The notes under the pieces were generated by a model. It did no database searches and was not told the origin of the DNA. It worked only from the letters and a program-made list of their open reading frames with translations. The position numbers were made by a program, and so were the translations under genes. This document shows, piece by piece, positions 26,547-37,382 of a stretch of 64,000 nt of DNA. Source of the stretch: Minisyncoccota bacterium (lineage in GTDB: Bacteria; Patescibacteriota; Minisyncoccia; UBA6257; 02-FULL-45-10c). The stretch is from NCBI GenBank assembly GCA_036517155.1, contig DATDXY010000009.1, positions 2,141-66,140 of the forward strand, read 5' to 3'. How positions within the stretch are numbered: the first letter of the stretch is position 1; every line of letters starts with the position of its first letter.

Positions 26547-26617
26547 GGGCTCATAGTAAAGTGGTATTACGCAGCATTCGCATTGCTGAGGCGCGAGTTC
26601 GATTCTCGCTGAGTCCA
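26547..26617 (+). tRNA. tRNA-Ala (anticodon CGC)
   Basis: GGGCTCATAGTAAAGTGGTATTACGCAGCATTCGCATTGCTGAGGCGCGAGTTCGATTCTCGCTGAGTCCA; G3:U70 Ala identity pair present; anticodon loop TTCGCAT. Confidence 0.85.
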
Positions 26618-26658
26618 CAGCTAAAAATTTTCTATCAATTGACGACATATTATATATA

Positions 26659-26688
26659 TGTTATAATATGCAGACAATTCCTTAAGGT
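26659..26688 (+). promoter_or_regulatory. sigma-70-like promoter (TTGACG-17-TATAAT) for methyltransferase gene
   Basis: ttgacgacatattatatatatgttataat. Confidence 0.4.
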
Positions 26689-26733
26689 TTAACCCAAAGG
26701 AAAGCACGTTTAAAAATATAAAGGAGATTCGTT

Positions 26734-27657
26734 ATGAAGGGATTAAAAATGATGGTCAAGAAAGTTGTTCCGTCAACAGTCATACAAAGGATGCATTTCA
26801 TCCGTAAAGAAATAGATGTCAGGTGGAAAACCAGAAAAGCAAAAACTCTTTTCCAGAAAACGAATGGCGTGCCAGTGTGGCTAGACAAGGATATGTTGGA
26901 AAAACTTCAACAAAAATATCCGATCAAACCTGCCACTTACCGCTATGATCCGGAAAGTTTGGTAATCAGGGGGAAAGAAAGGGCGTACCAAGTTCTTAAT
27001 CTCTTGAAACTAAAATCCGATCAGCCGGAAAAAATTGTGAAATTTCTGGAATTAGGATGCGGAGACGGCATGGCAAGCTGTATTTTGCAGCTAGCTGGGA
27101 AAAAAGTCATCGCTTCGGATGTTCAGAATAACAATTTTGATACGAGAGCGGTTCGGGCGGGTGTGGAGTTTAAGACTCTGGATGTCCATAATTTGGAGTT
27201 GGAATCAAGTAGTTTAGACTGCATTTTTTCTTACAATGCGTTCGAACACTTTGACCAACCAACGACTGCATTGCGCGAGATGATTCGCGTAGTCAAACCG
27301 AATGGCTTCATCTATCTCAATTTCGGGCCGCTTTATATGGCGCCGAAGGGAATGCATGCGTACCGGGTGGTTTCCATTCCGTACTGCCAAATGCTTTTCC
27401 CAAGAGAAACGCTCCAGGAATACTTTCTCGAGAAAAAGGCATCCTTAACGCCAGTGAATGGATATACGGTGCAACAGTATCGGGATATCTGGAACGCGCA
27501 TTCCCACAGATTGAAACGATTGGTGTATTTCGAAGAATACATCGCATCGGGGTTGGAACTAATTGAACAGTTTCCATCCTGCTTTAAACATAAAACAGAT
27601 TATTTTGATAACCTGCTTGTCACCAGTATCGAGGTGCTTTTCAGGAAATTGGAATAA
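26734..27657 (+). CDS. class I SAM-dependent methyltransferase
   Basis: Motif I LELGCGDGMAS; RBS TAAAGGAG. Confidence 0.8.
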   Translation: MKGLKMMVKKVVPSTVIQRMHFIRKEIDVRWKTRKAKTLFQKTNGVPVWLDKDMLEKLQQKYPIKPATYRYDPESLVIRGKERAYQVLNLLKLKSDQPEKIVKFLELGCGDGMASCILQLAGKKVIASDVQNNNFDTRAVRAGVEFKTLDVHNLELESSSLDCIFSYNAFEHFDQPTTALREMIRVVKPNGFIYLNFGPLYMAPKGMHAYRVVSIPYCQMLFPRETLQEYFLEKKASLTPVNGYTVQQYRDIWNAHSHRLKRLVYFEEYIASGLELIEQFPSCFKHKTDYFDNLLVTSIEVLFRKLE

Positions 27658-27670
27658 TAAGTTATATGAT

Positions 27671-27709
27671 AGCCTCGCGTAGCACCTACTACGCGAGGCT
27701 TTTTGTTTT
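27671..27709 (+). terminator. rho-independent terminator
   Basis: AGCCTCGCGTAG-caccta-CTACGCGAGGCT + TTTTGTTTT. Confidence 0.8.
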
Positions 27710-27724
27710 CACCACCATACCGCC

Positions 27725-28363
27725 TTACAGTTTTAAATGGAGAATATATAAATAAATAAGCAAAAAATGGCTTGTATTGCCTAATATAAGAAATATTTGC
27801 GGAATATTTGCTTTCAATGATGTAATGGTTTCTTGAACATACCGGCGTTCCAAAATAATGGAAAACGCGTATAAAAGACTGCCGAGCGTTAATAAACGAA
27901 GTCCGAGAGGAGGAAGAAGCCGGTGCAGGGGAACAAAAGCAATAACAATGGACCAATCTACTATTATAAAGGTTAGCGCCGCTAATTTTTGATTCAGCGG
28001 TTGTGGAGATAATTTGAGCGCAATGCCGATAATCGCAAAAGCCCAGGTCACGCTCAGAAGGCTTACGCCCCAACTCGTCGGCAAGATAGCCAAATAAATT
28101 GGCGTATAAGATCCGGCAATCAGTAGAAACACAAATACGCTATTGAATTTCTGAATTAAAGGGGCGAAAGGAATATGCCGGACTCGAACTAGCGTGATGA
28201 GATGAATTACGTGTAGGAGAACTACAATTGATCCATAAATGCTTAAGCTTACAATTGCGCCAGCGCCAGCGGAACGCGCGGCATCGATAATAAAGATAAC
28301 AAAAATTGCGGTTCCTAGGAGAACCGCGAATAAAGCTAAGGCAATGGAAATTGTTCGGCGCAT
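27725..28363 (-). CDS. hemolysin-III/PAQR-family channel-like membrane protein
   Basis: 7-TM profile; LIAGSYTPIY motif resembling Hly-III family IAGTYTPF. Confidence 0.5.
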   Translation of the reverse strand: MRRTISIALALFAVLLGTAIFVIFIIDAARSAGAGAIVSLSIYGSIVVLLHVIHLITLVRVRHIPFAPLIQKFNSVFVFLLIAGSYTPIYLAILPTSWGVSLLSVTWAFAIIGIALKLSPQPLNQKLAALTFIIVDWSIVIAFVPLHRLLPPLGLRLLTLGSLLYAFSIILERRYVQETITSLKANIPQIFLILGNTSHFLLIYLYILHLKL

Positions 28364-28415
28364 AACACTGTTTACAGTATAAGCAGGAACGTATTTTTCT
28401 GGTATAGTAAAGGCA

Positions 28416-29567
28416 ATGCGGAAATTGTTAATTATACTGGTTGCCCTCAGCGTTGTCGGATTATATATAACGATACGGTTTTTTAATGTACGGATTACGA
28501 CCCAGCAAAAAGATTTGGAATTTATTCAATTACCGGAAGGATTTCAAATTGAGGTCTTTGCCGACGATCTAGGCGGATCGCGCCTGTCTTCGCCCGGTCC
28601 GAATCCTGGACCGAGGTTAATGGAACTTCGCAATGATACGGTTTTCGTAGCGTTGCCAAGTAAGGGTGAAATCATAGCTTATGAAGATAAAAATAAAGAT
28701 GCTAAGCCGGATTCTCAAAAAGTTTTTTTAAGCGGTTTGCGCAAACCGCACAGCATTGCGTTTCAAGGGGACTGGGCTTATATCGCGGAAGAGGACCGGG
28801 TGATTCGCGTCAAAGATAAAGACAACGATAATATCGCGGAACCGGAAACAATTGAAAAAATTATTAGTTTGCCAGTTGCTGGCCATTGGACTCGCACCGC
28901 AAAAATAATTGATGGATCATTGTACATCGCTTTGGGTTCCAGTTGTAATGTTTGCCGGGAAACCGACCAAATACGCTCCACAATCCAAAAATGCGATTTA
29001 GATGGCAAACGATGCGAGACATTCTCGCGCGGCCTGCGGAACACAGTGGACTTTATTCAGTACCAAGGAAAAATATACGGAACTGATAACGGAAGAGATG
29101 GTTTGGGTAATACTTTACCGCCGGACGAAATTAATCTTATTGAAAAGGAAAAAAATTATGGATGGCCGATATGTTATGGCCAAAATATCCACGATACGGA
29201 ATTTGATACGAATACATACATAAGAAATCCATGCATGGCTCCGTTTGAAACGCCGGCATTGGTAGATTTGCCGGCACATGTTGCGCCGCTCGGACTAGCG
29301 TTTTATTCCGGTAGAGCTTTTCCGGAATTTTATCGGGGCAAATTGTTTGTTGCTATGCATGGATCTTGGGATGCGAATCCGCCAGTGGGATATAAAATAG
29401 CCACCATTGATACTGCTACGAAAGAAATTACGGATTTTGCCACGGGCTGGTTTAACGGAGAAACGGTGCTGGGCCGACCGGTTGGTATTATTAATTTTCG
29501 AGACGGCCTTTTAGTATCTGACGATAACGCCGGAAAAATCTACCGAATTTTTTACGAAGTGAAATAA
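28416..29567 (+). CDS. PQQ-dependent sugar (glucose/sorbosone) dehydrogenase-like beta-propeller protein
   Basis: N-terminal TM; EKNYGWP motif and overall propeller pattern. Confidence 0.6.
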   Translation: MRKLLIILVALSVVGLYITIRFFNVRITTQQKDLEFIQLPEGFQIEVFADDLGGSRLSSPGPNPGPRLMELRNDTVFVALPSKGEIIAYEDKNKDAKPDSQKVFLSGLRKPHSIAFQGDWAYIAEEDRVIRVKDKDNDNIAEPETIEKIISLPVAGHWTRTAKIIDGSLYIALGSSCNVCRETDQIRSTIQKCDLDGKRCETFSRGLRNTVDFIQYQGKIYGTDNGRDGLGNTLPPDEINLIEKEKNYGWPICYGQNIHDTEFDTNTYIRNPCMAPFETPALVDLPAHVAPLGLAFYSGRAFPEFYRGKLFVAMHGSWDANPPVGYKIATIDTATKEITDFATGWFNGETVLGRPVGIINFRDGLLVSDDNAGKIYRIFYEVK

Positions 29568-29579
29568 TTTTTAAGACTG

Positions 29580-29839
29580 CAAATAACTTTCTCCGAAACC
29601 CAATGAGCCGAAGCGGGCAGGGTGTCCTCTCCGCATATACCCTTCGGAACCGGCTGTCCGTTTCCTCCAGCGGGAAACGGCAGCGCTTAGTTCTCGCGTT
29701 GCCATCCGCCAAGTATGGCGGAACCAATCTGGCAACGCTCCGAAATATTCCTCAGAATATATGCGGATAGGACGAGCGAGGCGAAGATAAGCAAGCGAAC
29801 ACGCTGGGTGAGCGTAGCGGGTTGAGGGAAAGTTATTTG
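29580..29839 (+). ncRNA. candidate ~260-nt highly structured ncRNA, class unassigned
   Basis: 12-bp terminal helix caaataactttc/gaaagttatttg; 16-bp helix GGTGTCCTCTCCGCATATA/TATATGCGGATAGGACG enclosing two long hairpins (cruciform); additional GNRA/UUCG-capped hairpins; no ORF; followed by terminator. Strand uncertain. Confidence 0.35.
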
Positions 29840-29851
29840 CGGTTTTTAAAT

Positions 29852-29880
29852 AAAAAAAAGCACCCATGGGGTGCTTTTCA
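29852..29880. terminator. bidirectional terminator (A8 - AGCACCCCATGGGTGCT - T4)
   Basis: Palindromic hairpin; T-run is longer on the minus strand (8 nt). Confidence 0.65.
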
Positions 29881-30152
29881 GAGTGAGATATTGCAAAGAG
29901 CAAGTTGTTTTCTTTTAAAAAGTATTAAGTGGCAGCTTGGAGAAGCTACTTGAATCTATTGGTATTCTGTTCTCAACGAACTGATACCTTAATCATATAA
30001 TATGGAGCGGGAGGCGCAAGAGTAGTTATTCACACCCCAGCTAAAATAAGAATAAGTTTTCTATTATATAATAAGAATAAGCTGAAATCTGGCTACATTG
30101 ATAGTCAGCAGTAAAAGGTCGGCATCATTACGGAACACACCTTATATAATAT

Positions 30153-30836
30153 ATGATAGTTCAAAAGTGGACTGACGTACTCGTATTATCGCTTCAAGAC
30201 TTATATCGGCAGGTGCTTAACTTCTTGCCTTCATTGATCGGTGCGATCATCGTCTTTGTTGTCGGCTTAGTTATTGCGGCAGGACTTGGGGCAATCGTAG
30301 AACGGGTGGTAGGCGCCTTGAAAATTGATACGCTATTACGGCGTGTTGGTCTTGAGGAATATACCAAACGCGCGAACATTGAGTTAAATTTCGGTCATTT
30401 CTTAGGTCAGGTAGTATATTGGTTTATCGTGCTGGCGTTTTTACTAGCGGCAGCAGAAATTTTGAATTTCTATAACCTTTCCGGTTTTATTCAGGATTTC
30501 TTGTTCTACGTTCCCAACATTATCATTGCGGTTTTGATTATGATAGCTTCGTTCGTGATTGCGAACATTTTGAAGCATATCGTTCGAGCGTCAGTGATGG
30601 GCGCGCGGCTCCATTCGGCAAAATTCTTAGGAGCAGCAGTCTGGTGGATCGTAGTTATCTTTGGACTTTTAGCTTCGCTTGTCCAGCTTAGAATCGCAGT
30701 CTCAATCATTGAAACAGTGATTACTGGCTTGATTGCAATGCTGGCGTTGGCCGGCGGTTTGGCTTTCGGTCTCGGCGGCAAAGAATACGCTTCGGAAGTC
30801 ATCGGCAGAGTGAAGAACGAATTGGAAGGAAGATAA
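30153..30836 (+). CDS. membrane protein with two 'conserved TM helix' repeats (MscS-associated N-terminal-domain type)
   Basis: Two copies of the PF05552-like pattern (LIGAIIVFVVGLVIAAGLGAIVERVV / IIIAVLIMIASFVIANILKHIVRASV). Confidence 0.55.
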   Translation: MIVQKWTDVLVLSLQDLYRQVLNFLPSLIGAIIVFVVGLVIAAGLGAIVERVVGALKIDTLLRRVGLEEYTKRANIELNFGHFLGQVVYWFIVLAFLLAAAEILNFYNLSGFIQDFLFYVPNIIIAVLIMIASFVIANILKHIVRASVMGARLHSAKFLGAAVWWIVVIFGLLASLVQLRIAVSIIETVITGLIAMLALAGGLAFGLGGKEYASEVIGRVKNELEGR

Positions 30837-30933
30837 ATTTCAGTGCGCTTAGGCGCGTAAAAAACTTCTGGTGTGAGCCTGCCCGTAATGTGAGGTTACG
30901 GCCAGGGGCCAGGAGTTTTTTATTTGTTCAGAA

Positions 30934-30976
30934 AAATAAAAGGCCCAAAACGATTTTAACGTTTTGGGCCTTTTTG
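30934..30976 (+). terminator. rho-independent terminator (second of two tandem terminators)
   Basis: AAAAGGCCCAAAACG-attttaa-CGTTTTGGGCCTTTTT; a preceding larger hairpin with T6 at 30862..30921. Confidence 0.75.
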
Positions 30977-31151
30977 GTTTCAATTTTTAATTTAGCAGGA
31001 ACAAAGACCGATGGTGTTTTTTAGGGAGCGTCTCTGGTGCGGTTCATTCCGACCTCCTGTGCACATAGGCACTGTTGTTTTTGGGTCTGGGTGCCGGGTT
31101 TCTTTACTGTCAGCCGTCCTGCTGAACGGCTTTAATTTATAAAGAACAAAT

Positions 31152-31240
31152 CGATCCTAGAGGACTCGAACCCCTAATCCATCGGCTGGCGCGAAACGCA
31201 ACGGCTACAGCCGTGCTTTTGCCATTAAGCTAAGGATCGA
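31152..31240 (-). tRNA. tRNA-like element with aberrant anticodon arm (possible tRNA-Tyr-derived pseudogene or noncanonical/intron-bearing tRNA)
   Basis: Minus strand CGATCCT-TA-GCTTAATGGCAAAAGC-A-[CGGCTGTAGCCG TTGCGTTTCGCGCCAGCCGATGGATT]-AGGGGTTCGAGTCCTCT-AGGATCG-A. Perfect 7-bp acceptor, D-arm and T-arm (TTCGAGT), but the 38-nt middle cannot form a 5-bp/7-nt anticodon arm; it contains CUGUAG (Tyr GUA-like) in a too-short loop. Confidence 0.4.
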
Positions 31241-31305
31241 AAATAAGCTTCTTATACTATACACCTATTTTTCTTAAAAGTCAATGTCGGTGGGGATAGC
31301 CGGAT

Positions 31306-31333
31306 TTGACAATTTTATATCGCTCTATATAAT
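31306..31333 (+). promoter_or_regulatory. consensus sigma-70 promoter (TTGACA-16-TATAAT) at head of 23S-5S leader
   Basis: ttgacaattttatatcgctctatataat. Confidence 0.5.
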
Positions 31334-31403
31334 AGTAATTACCTGAATGAATACTATTAGACATATTCAAAAGAGACGCGGCTAACCAAAGGCGTAAATT
31401 CTT

Positions 31404-31430
31404 TTGCGTAGAGAGCCGTTGTGGCTCTTT
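31404..31430 (+). terminator. terminator-like hairpin inside rRNA leader (AGAGCC-gttgt-GGCTCT + TTTTTTGTT)
   Basis: May mark a short leader sRNA end or an antiterminated pause site. Confidence 0.35.
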
Positions 31431-31558
31431 TTTGTTGCTAATAGCACCCATGAATGCCTGACTGAATTTTGAAAAATGAATATCGTTTAAGATTTAACGA
31501 GCTGAAAGTAAAAAAGATAAAGTAAAGAAATGAATACTGACACAAGGGGGTCAGTTAA

Positions 31559-31820
31559 AGTCTTGTACTTCACATATTTTACCAATCAAGCGAAACGAAT
31601 TTTTAGACAGATTCGCGACGCGATGAGCGAGTGTGCTGGATGCACTCGAGCGAAGAGCAACAAAGAAGATGGCAAAAATTCGTTCGCCCGAAAGGGAAAT
31701 AAATTTTGAACGATTTCTTCGTTGCTTCTCCTCGACGTACTTCCGTACGTCTTGTCGTCGCGCCTTGAACTCATTTCAAAATTTATTTCTTGATTTGGCG
31801 AGATATGTGAAGTACAAGAC
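31559..31820 (+). repeat. 18-bp perfect inverted repeat (gtcttgtacttcacatat ... atatgtgaagtacaagac) enclosing 226 nt, right arm abutting the mature 23S 5' end
   Basis: Arms at 31559..31576 and 31803..31820. Confidence 0.7.
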
Positions 31821-34910
<3,090 letters not shown>

Positions 34911-34989
34911 CGTTGGAATTATCCAACATTTACAAGAGAATATGACTGACTCTCTTGTGTAAGTATTCATTTCATTTTTTACTTTTAAT

Positions 34990-35136
34990 TGCCTCCAGTG
35001 ACTTCCTGGTGATTTAGCAGTAGGTGTCCCACCTCTTCCCATTCCGAACAGAGAAGTGAAATCCTACTGTCCTGATGATATTTCCTGCTTCGGCGGGTGA
35101 GAAAGTAGGGTTCGCCGGGATATCAGTGGAGGCAAT
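34990..35136 (+). rRNA. rrf: 5S ribosomal RNA (slightly expanded, ~147 nt)
   Basis: Helix I TGCCTCCAGTGA/TCAGTGGAGGCA; conserved CCCACCTCTTCCCATTCCGAACAGAGAAGTGAAA. Confidence 0.85.
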
Positions 35137-35144
35137 TGGCGTAC

Positions 35145-35172
35145 TTGACAAATATCTTGTATATGCTACAAT
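35145..35172 (+). promoter_or_regulatory. consensus sigma-70 promoter (TTGACA-16-TACAAT) immediately downstream of 5S rRNA
   Basis: ttgacaaatatcttgtatatgctacaat; followed at +8 by boxA-like GCTCTTTAA. Confidence 0.55.
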
Positions 35173-35178
35173 AAGAAC

Positions 35179-35510
35179 GCTCTTTAAATTTTGTGGGGTT
35201 GGCTCCTCGGTAGGGGGTTCCGATCCAATTGGCTGAGTTCTCCTGGAGAATAATTACAAGATTATTCGAAAGGTTGCGCATTTTTTCCAATCGGAAGAAA
35301 TGGTGGCTTGCGATTATCGTGAGCCTTCGGTGCGCGGAAAACGCAGCTAACCCCACGCTTTTAGTTCTTTAGAATGCAGATCCTAGAGGTATACACCTCT
35401 GAAATTATCTCCGGGGAATGGGCTTAGAAAATTTTTCTAATCCTTGCCTCTAGGATCTGCGGCTTGACCAAAACCTCTTCCTGATAGGAAGAGGTTTTTA
35501 TTTTTCTGAT
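35179..35510 (+). ncRNA. ~300-nt structured leader / candidate regulatory RNA ending in intrinsic terminator, upstream of cell-wall operon
   Basis: boxA-like motif at 5' end; long-range GUGGGGUU/AACCCCAC pairing; 14-bp helix GCAGATCCTAGAGG/CCTCTAGGATCTGC; terminator AAAACCTCTTCC-tgata-GGAAGAGGTTTTTATTTTT at 35468..35506, 17 nt before the ATG of the next gene. Confidence 0.3.
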
Positions 35511-35522
35511 ATACTTAAGACA

Positions 35523-36299
35523 ATGCCCAGAATATTAAAACAAATTACTTACGGCATTTTTTATTTGGCAATTTTAACCGCGTTGGGATTTGGCGGATAC
35601 CTTTTATTATTAAAACCGCCGGCGAGCTGTGTGGATCAAATCCAAAATCAAAATGAAACCGGGGTGGATTGCGGCGGCTTGCCTGGCCAGGGTGGTTGCG
35701 TCAGTTGTGAGATTAAACAATTAACGCCAATTGTGCTGGGGAAAGCGATGCTGTTGCGCAGCGGCGATATTGTGACAGTTGTTGCGCCGATGGAAAATCT
35801 GAATCTAATATATGGCGCTCAACAATTACAGTACGCGTTAAAACTTATTGATAATTCTGGACAGATAATAAAAACAATTAGTAAAACCAGTTTTATCCAC
35901 GCGGGTGAAAAAACGCAATTCGTGGAAACTGGCATTGCTGATGCGCGGCAACAAATTGCGCGAGCGGAAATTACCATTGCCAATATTAATTGGCAACCGA
36001 CGGAAGGGTGGTGGCAACCCGCATTGACTATTAAAGAAATTCAAACCAATGTCGGTCAGCAACAAACAACGGTTCAGGGGATTGTGGCGAATACCAATAA
36101 TTTTATAGTTACTCAGGTCGTTTTACGGGCTCTGGTGGCAGATTCCTTTGGGGCAATTGTCGGCGCTTCTAAGACAACATTAGAAACCTTACAGCCATTT
36201 GAAGAACGGACGTTTCAGATCAATATCGTTCCAGATTCCGCCTTGTTAAATAGTGTCGTTCCGGAAGCAACGGAACTTTTCGTTAGCGCTAGAAAGTGA
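35523..36299 (+). CDS. hypothetical membrane-anchored protein
   Basis: 258 aa; N-terminal TM (ITYGIFYLAILTALGFGGYLLLL), Cys-rich segment CVDQ...CGG...CVSC. Confidence 0.5.
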   Translation: MPRILKQITYGIFYLAILTALGFGGYLLLLKPPASCVDQIQNQNETGVDCGGLPGQGGCVSCEIKQLTPIVLGKAMLLRSGDIVTVVAPMENLNLIYGAQQLQYALKLIDNSGQIIKTISKTSFIHAGEKTQFVETGIADARQQIARAEITIANINWQPTEGWWQPALTIKEIQTNVGQQQTTVQGIVANTNNFIVTQVVLRALVADSFGAIVGASKTTLETLQPFEERTFQINIVPDSALLNSVVPEATELFVSARK

Positions 36300-36311
36300 T
36301 ATATAAGAACT

Positions 36312-37376
36312 ATGCCCAAACGGATGGATTGGATACTCAACAGCAGCTTGGCGGTGCTTGCTCTAGCAAGCCTTTTAATTTTATTCAGCGGCGATCGAGC
36401 GCTTTTTAACCAACAATTGGTATGGTATGGGGTTGGTATAGTAGCGATGGTAATGATGACTCGAATCGATTGGCGGCCGCTGATTAATTATCCTTGGGTG
36501 ATTTATGGAATTTACAGCATTGCGATTGTATTGCTGATTGCAACGCTTTTCGCCACACCAATCCGCAATATTCGAGGTTGGCTAGTGCTTGGGCCATGGC
36601 AATTCCAAACTTCCGAGTTTGTAAAACTCTCGCTCCTAATCGTCTTCTCGTCATTTTGGGCAAAAGCGCATATCGGCATTGCTCATTTAAAAAATGTCGC
36701 GGCTTCTTTTCTTTTTTTTATAGTGCCGGCGACACTAGTGTTGATGCAGCCGGATATGGGATCAACGCTAATTTTGTTCGGCCTGTGGTTTGGATATTTA
36801 TTGGTAAGCGGCATTCAATGGAAACATTTATTAATAGCGGCAGCGCTTTTTTTAATTGCCAGCGGCATATCTTGGAATTACGGATTAGCTGACTATCAAA
36901 AAGAACGAGTTATTGGGCTTTTTTATCCGGAGCAAGATCCGTTAGGCGTGAATTATAGCGTCATCCAATCCAAAATTGCGATTGGTTCGGCTGGCTGGCT
37001 GGGCAAGGGTTTTGGACGGGGGACGCAGGTGCGGTTGGGTTTTTTGCCGGAAGCCGAAACGGATTTTATCTTTGCCGCCTTCATTGAGGAATGGGGACTG
37101 ATTGGCGGAGTTGTGGCTTTGGTTGCCTTTATGACTGTACTGATTCGGATTATTTTTGCCGGCTTGGCAAGTACAAATAATTTTTCAAGAATGTTTTGTT
37201 TGGGTGCGGTGATTCTTTTCCTGGTGCATTTTATCTTGAATACCGGTTCTGCAATCGGATTATTGCCAGTGATCGGGGTACCTTTTCCGTTTTTAAGTTA
37301 TGGTGGATCGAATTTATTGACCAGCCTAATGATCGTTGGTATTATTCAGGGCATTGTAATCCGTTCTAAGTTTTAA
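36312..37376 (+). CDS. SEDS-family peptidoglycan glycosyltransferase (FtsW/RodA)
   Basis: 10-TM profile; conserved C-terminal GGSNLLTSLMIVGIIQ. Confidence 0.85.
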   Translation: MPKRMDWILNSSLAVLALASLLILFSGDRALFNQQLVWYGVGIVAMVMMTRIDWRPLINYPWVIYGIYSIAIVLLIATLFATPIRNIRGWLVLGPWQFQTSEFVKLSLLIVFSSFWAKAHIGIAHLKNVAASFLFFIVPATLVLMQPDMGSTLILFGLWFGYLLVSGIQWKHLLIAAALFLIASGISWNYGLADYQKERVIGLFYPEQDPLGVNYSVIQSKIAIGSAGWLGKGFGRGTQVRLGFLPEAETDFIFAAFIEEWGLIGGVVALVAFMTVLIRIIFAGLASTNNFSRMFCLGAVILFLVHFILNTGSAIGLLPVIGVPFPFLSYGGSNLLTSLMIVGIIQGIVIRSKF

Positions 37377-37382
37377 ATTCTG

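Noticed and set aside
29580-29839. RNase P RNA assignment
   Set aside because: P4-like strings are present but in the wrong order and spacing for bacterial type A/B P RNA; kept only as a hypothesis to test with covariance models.
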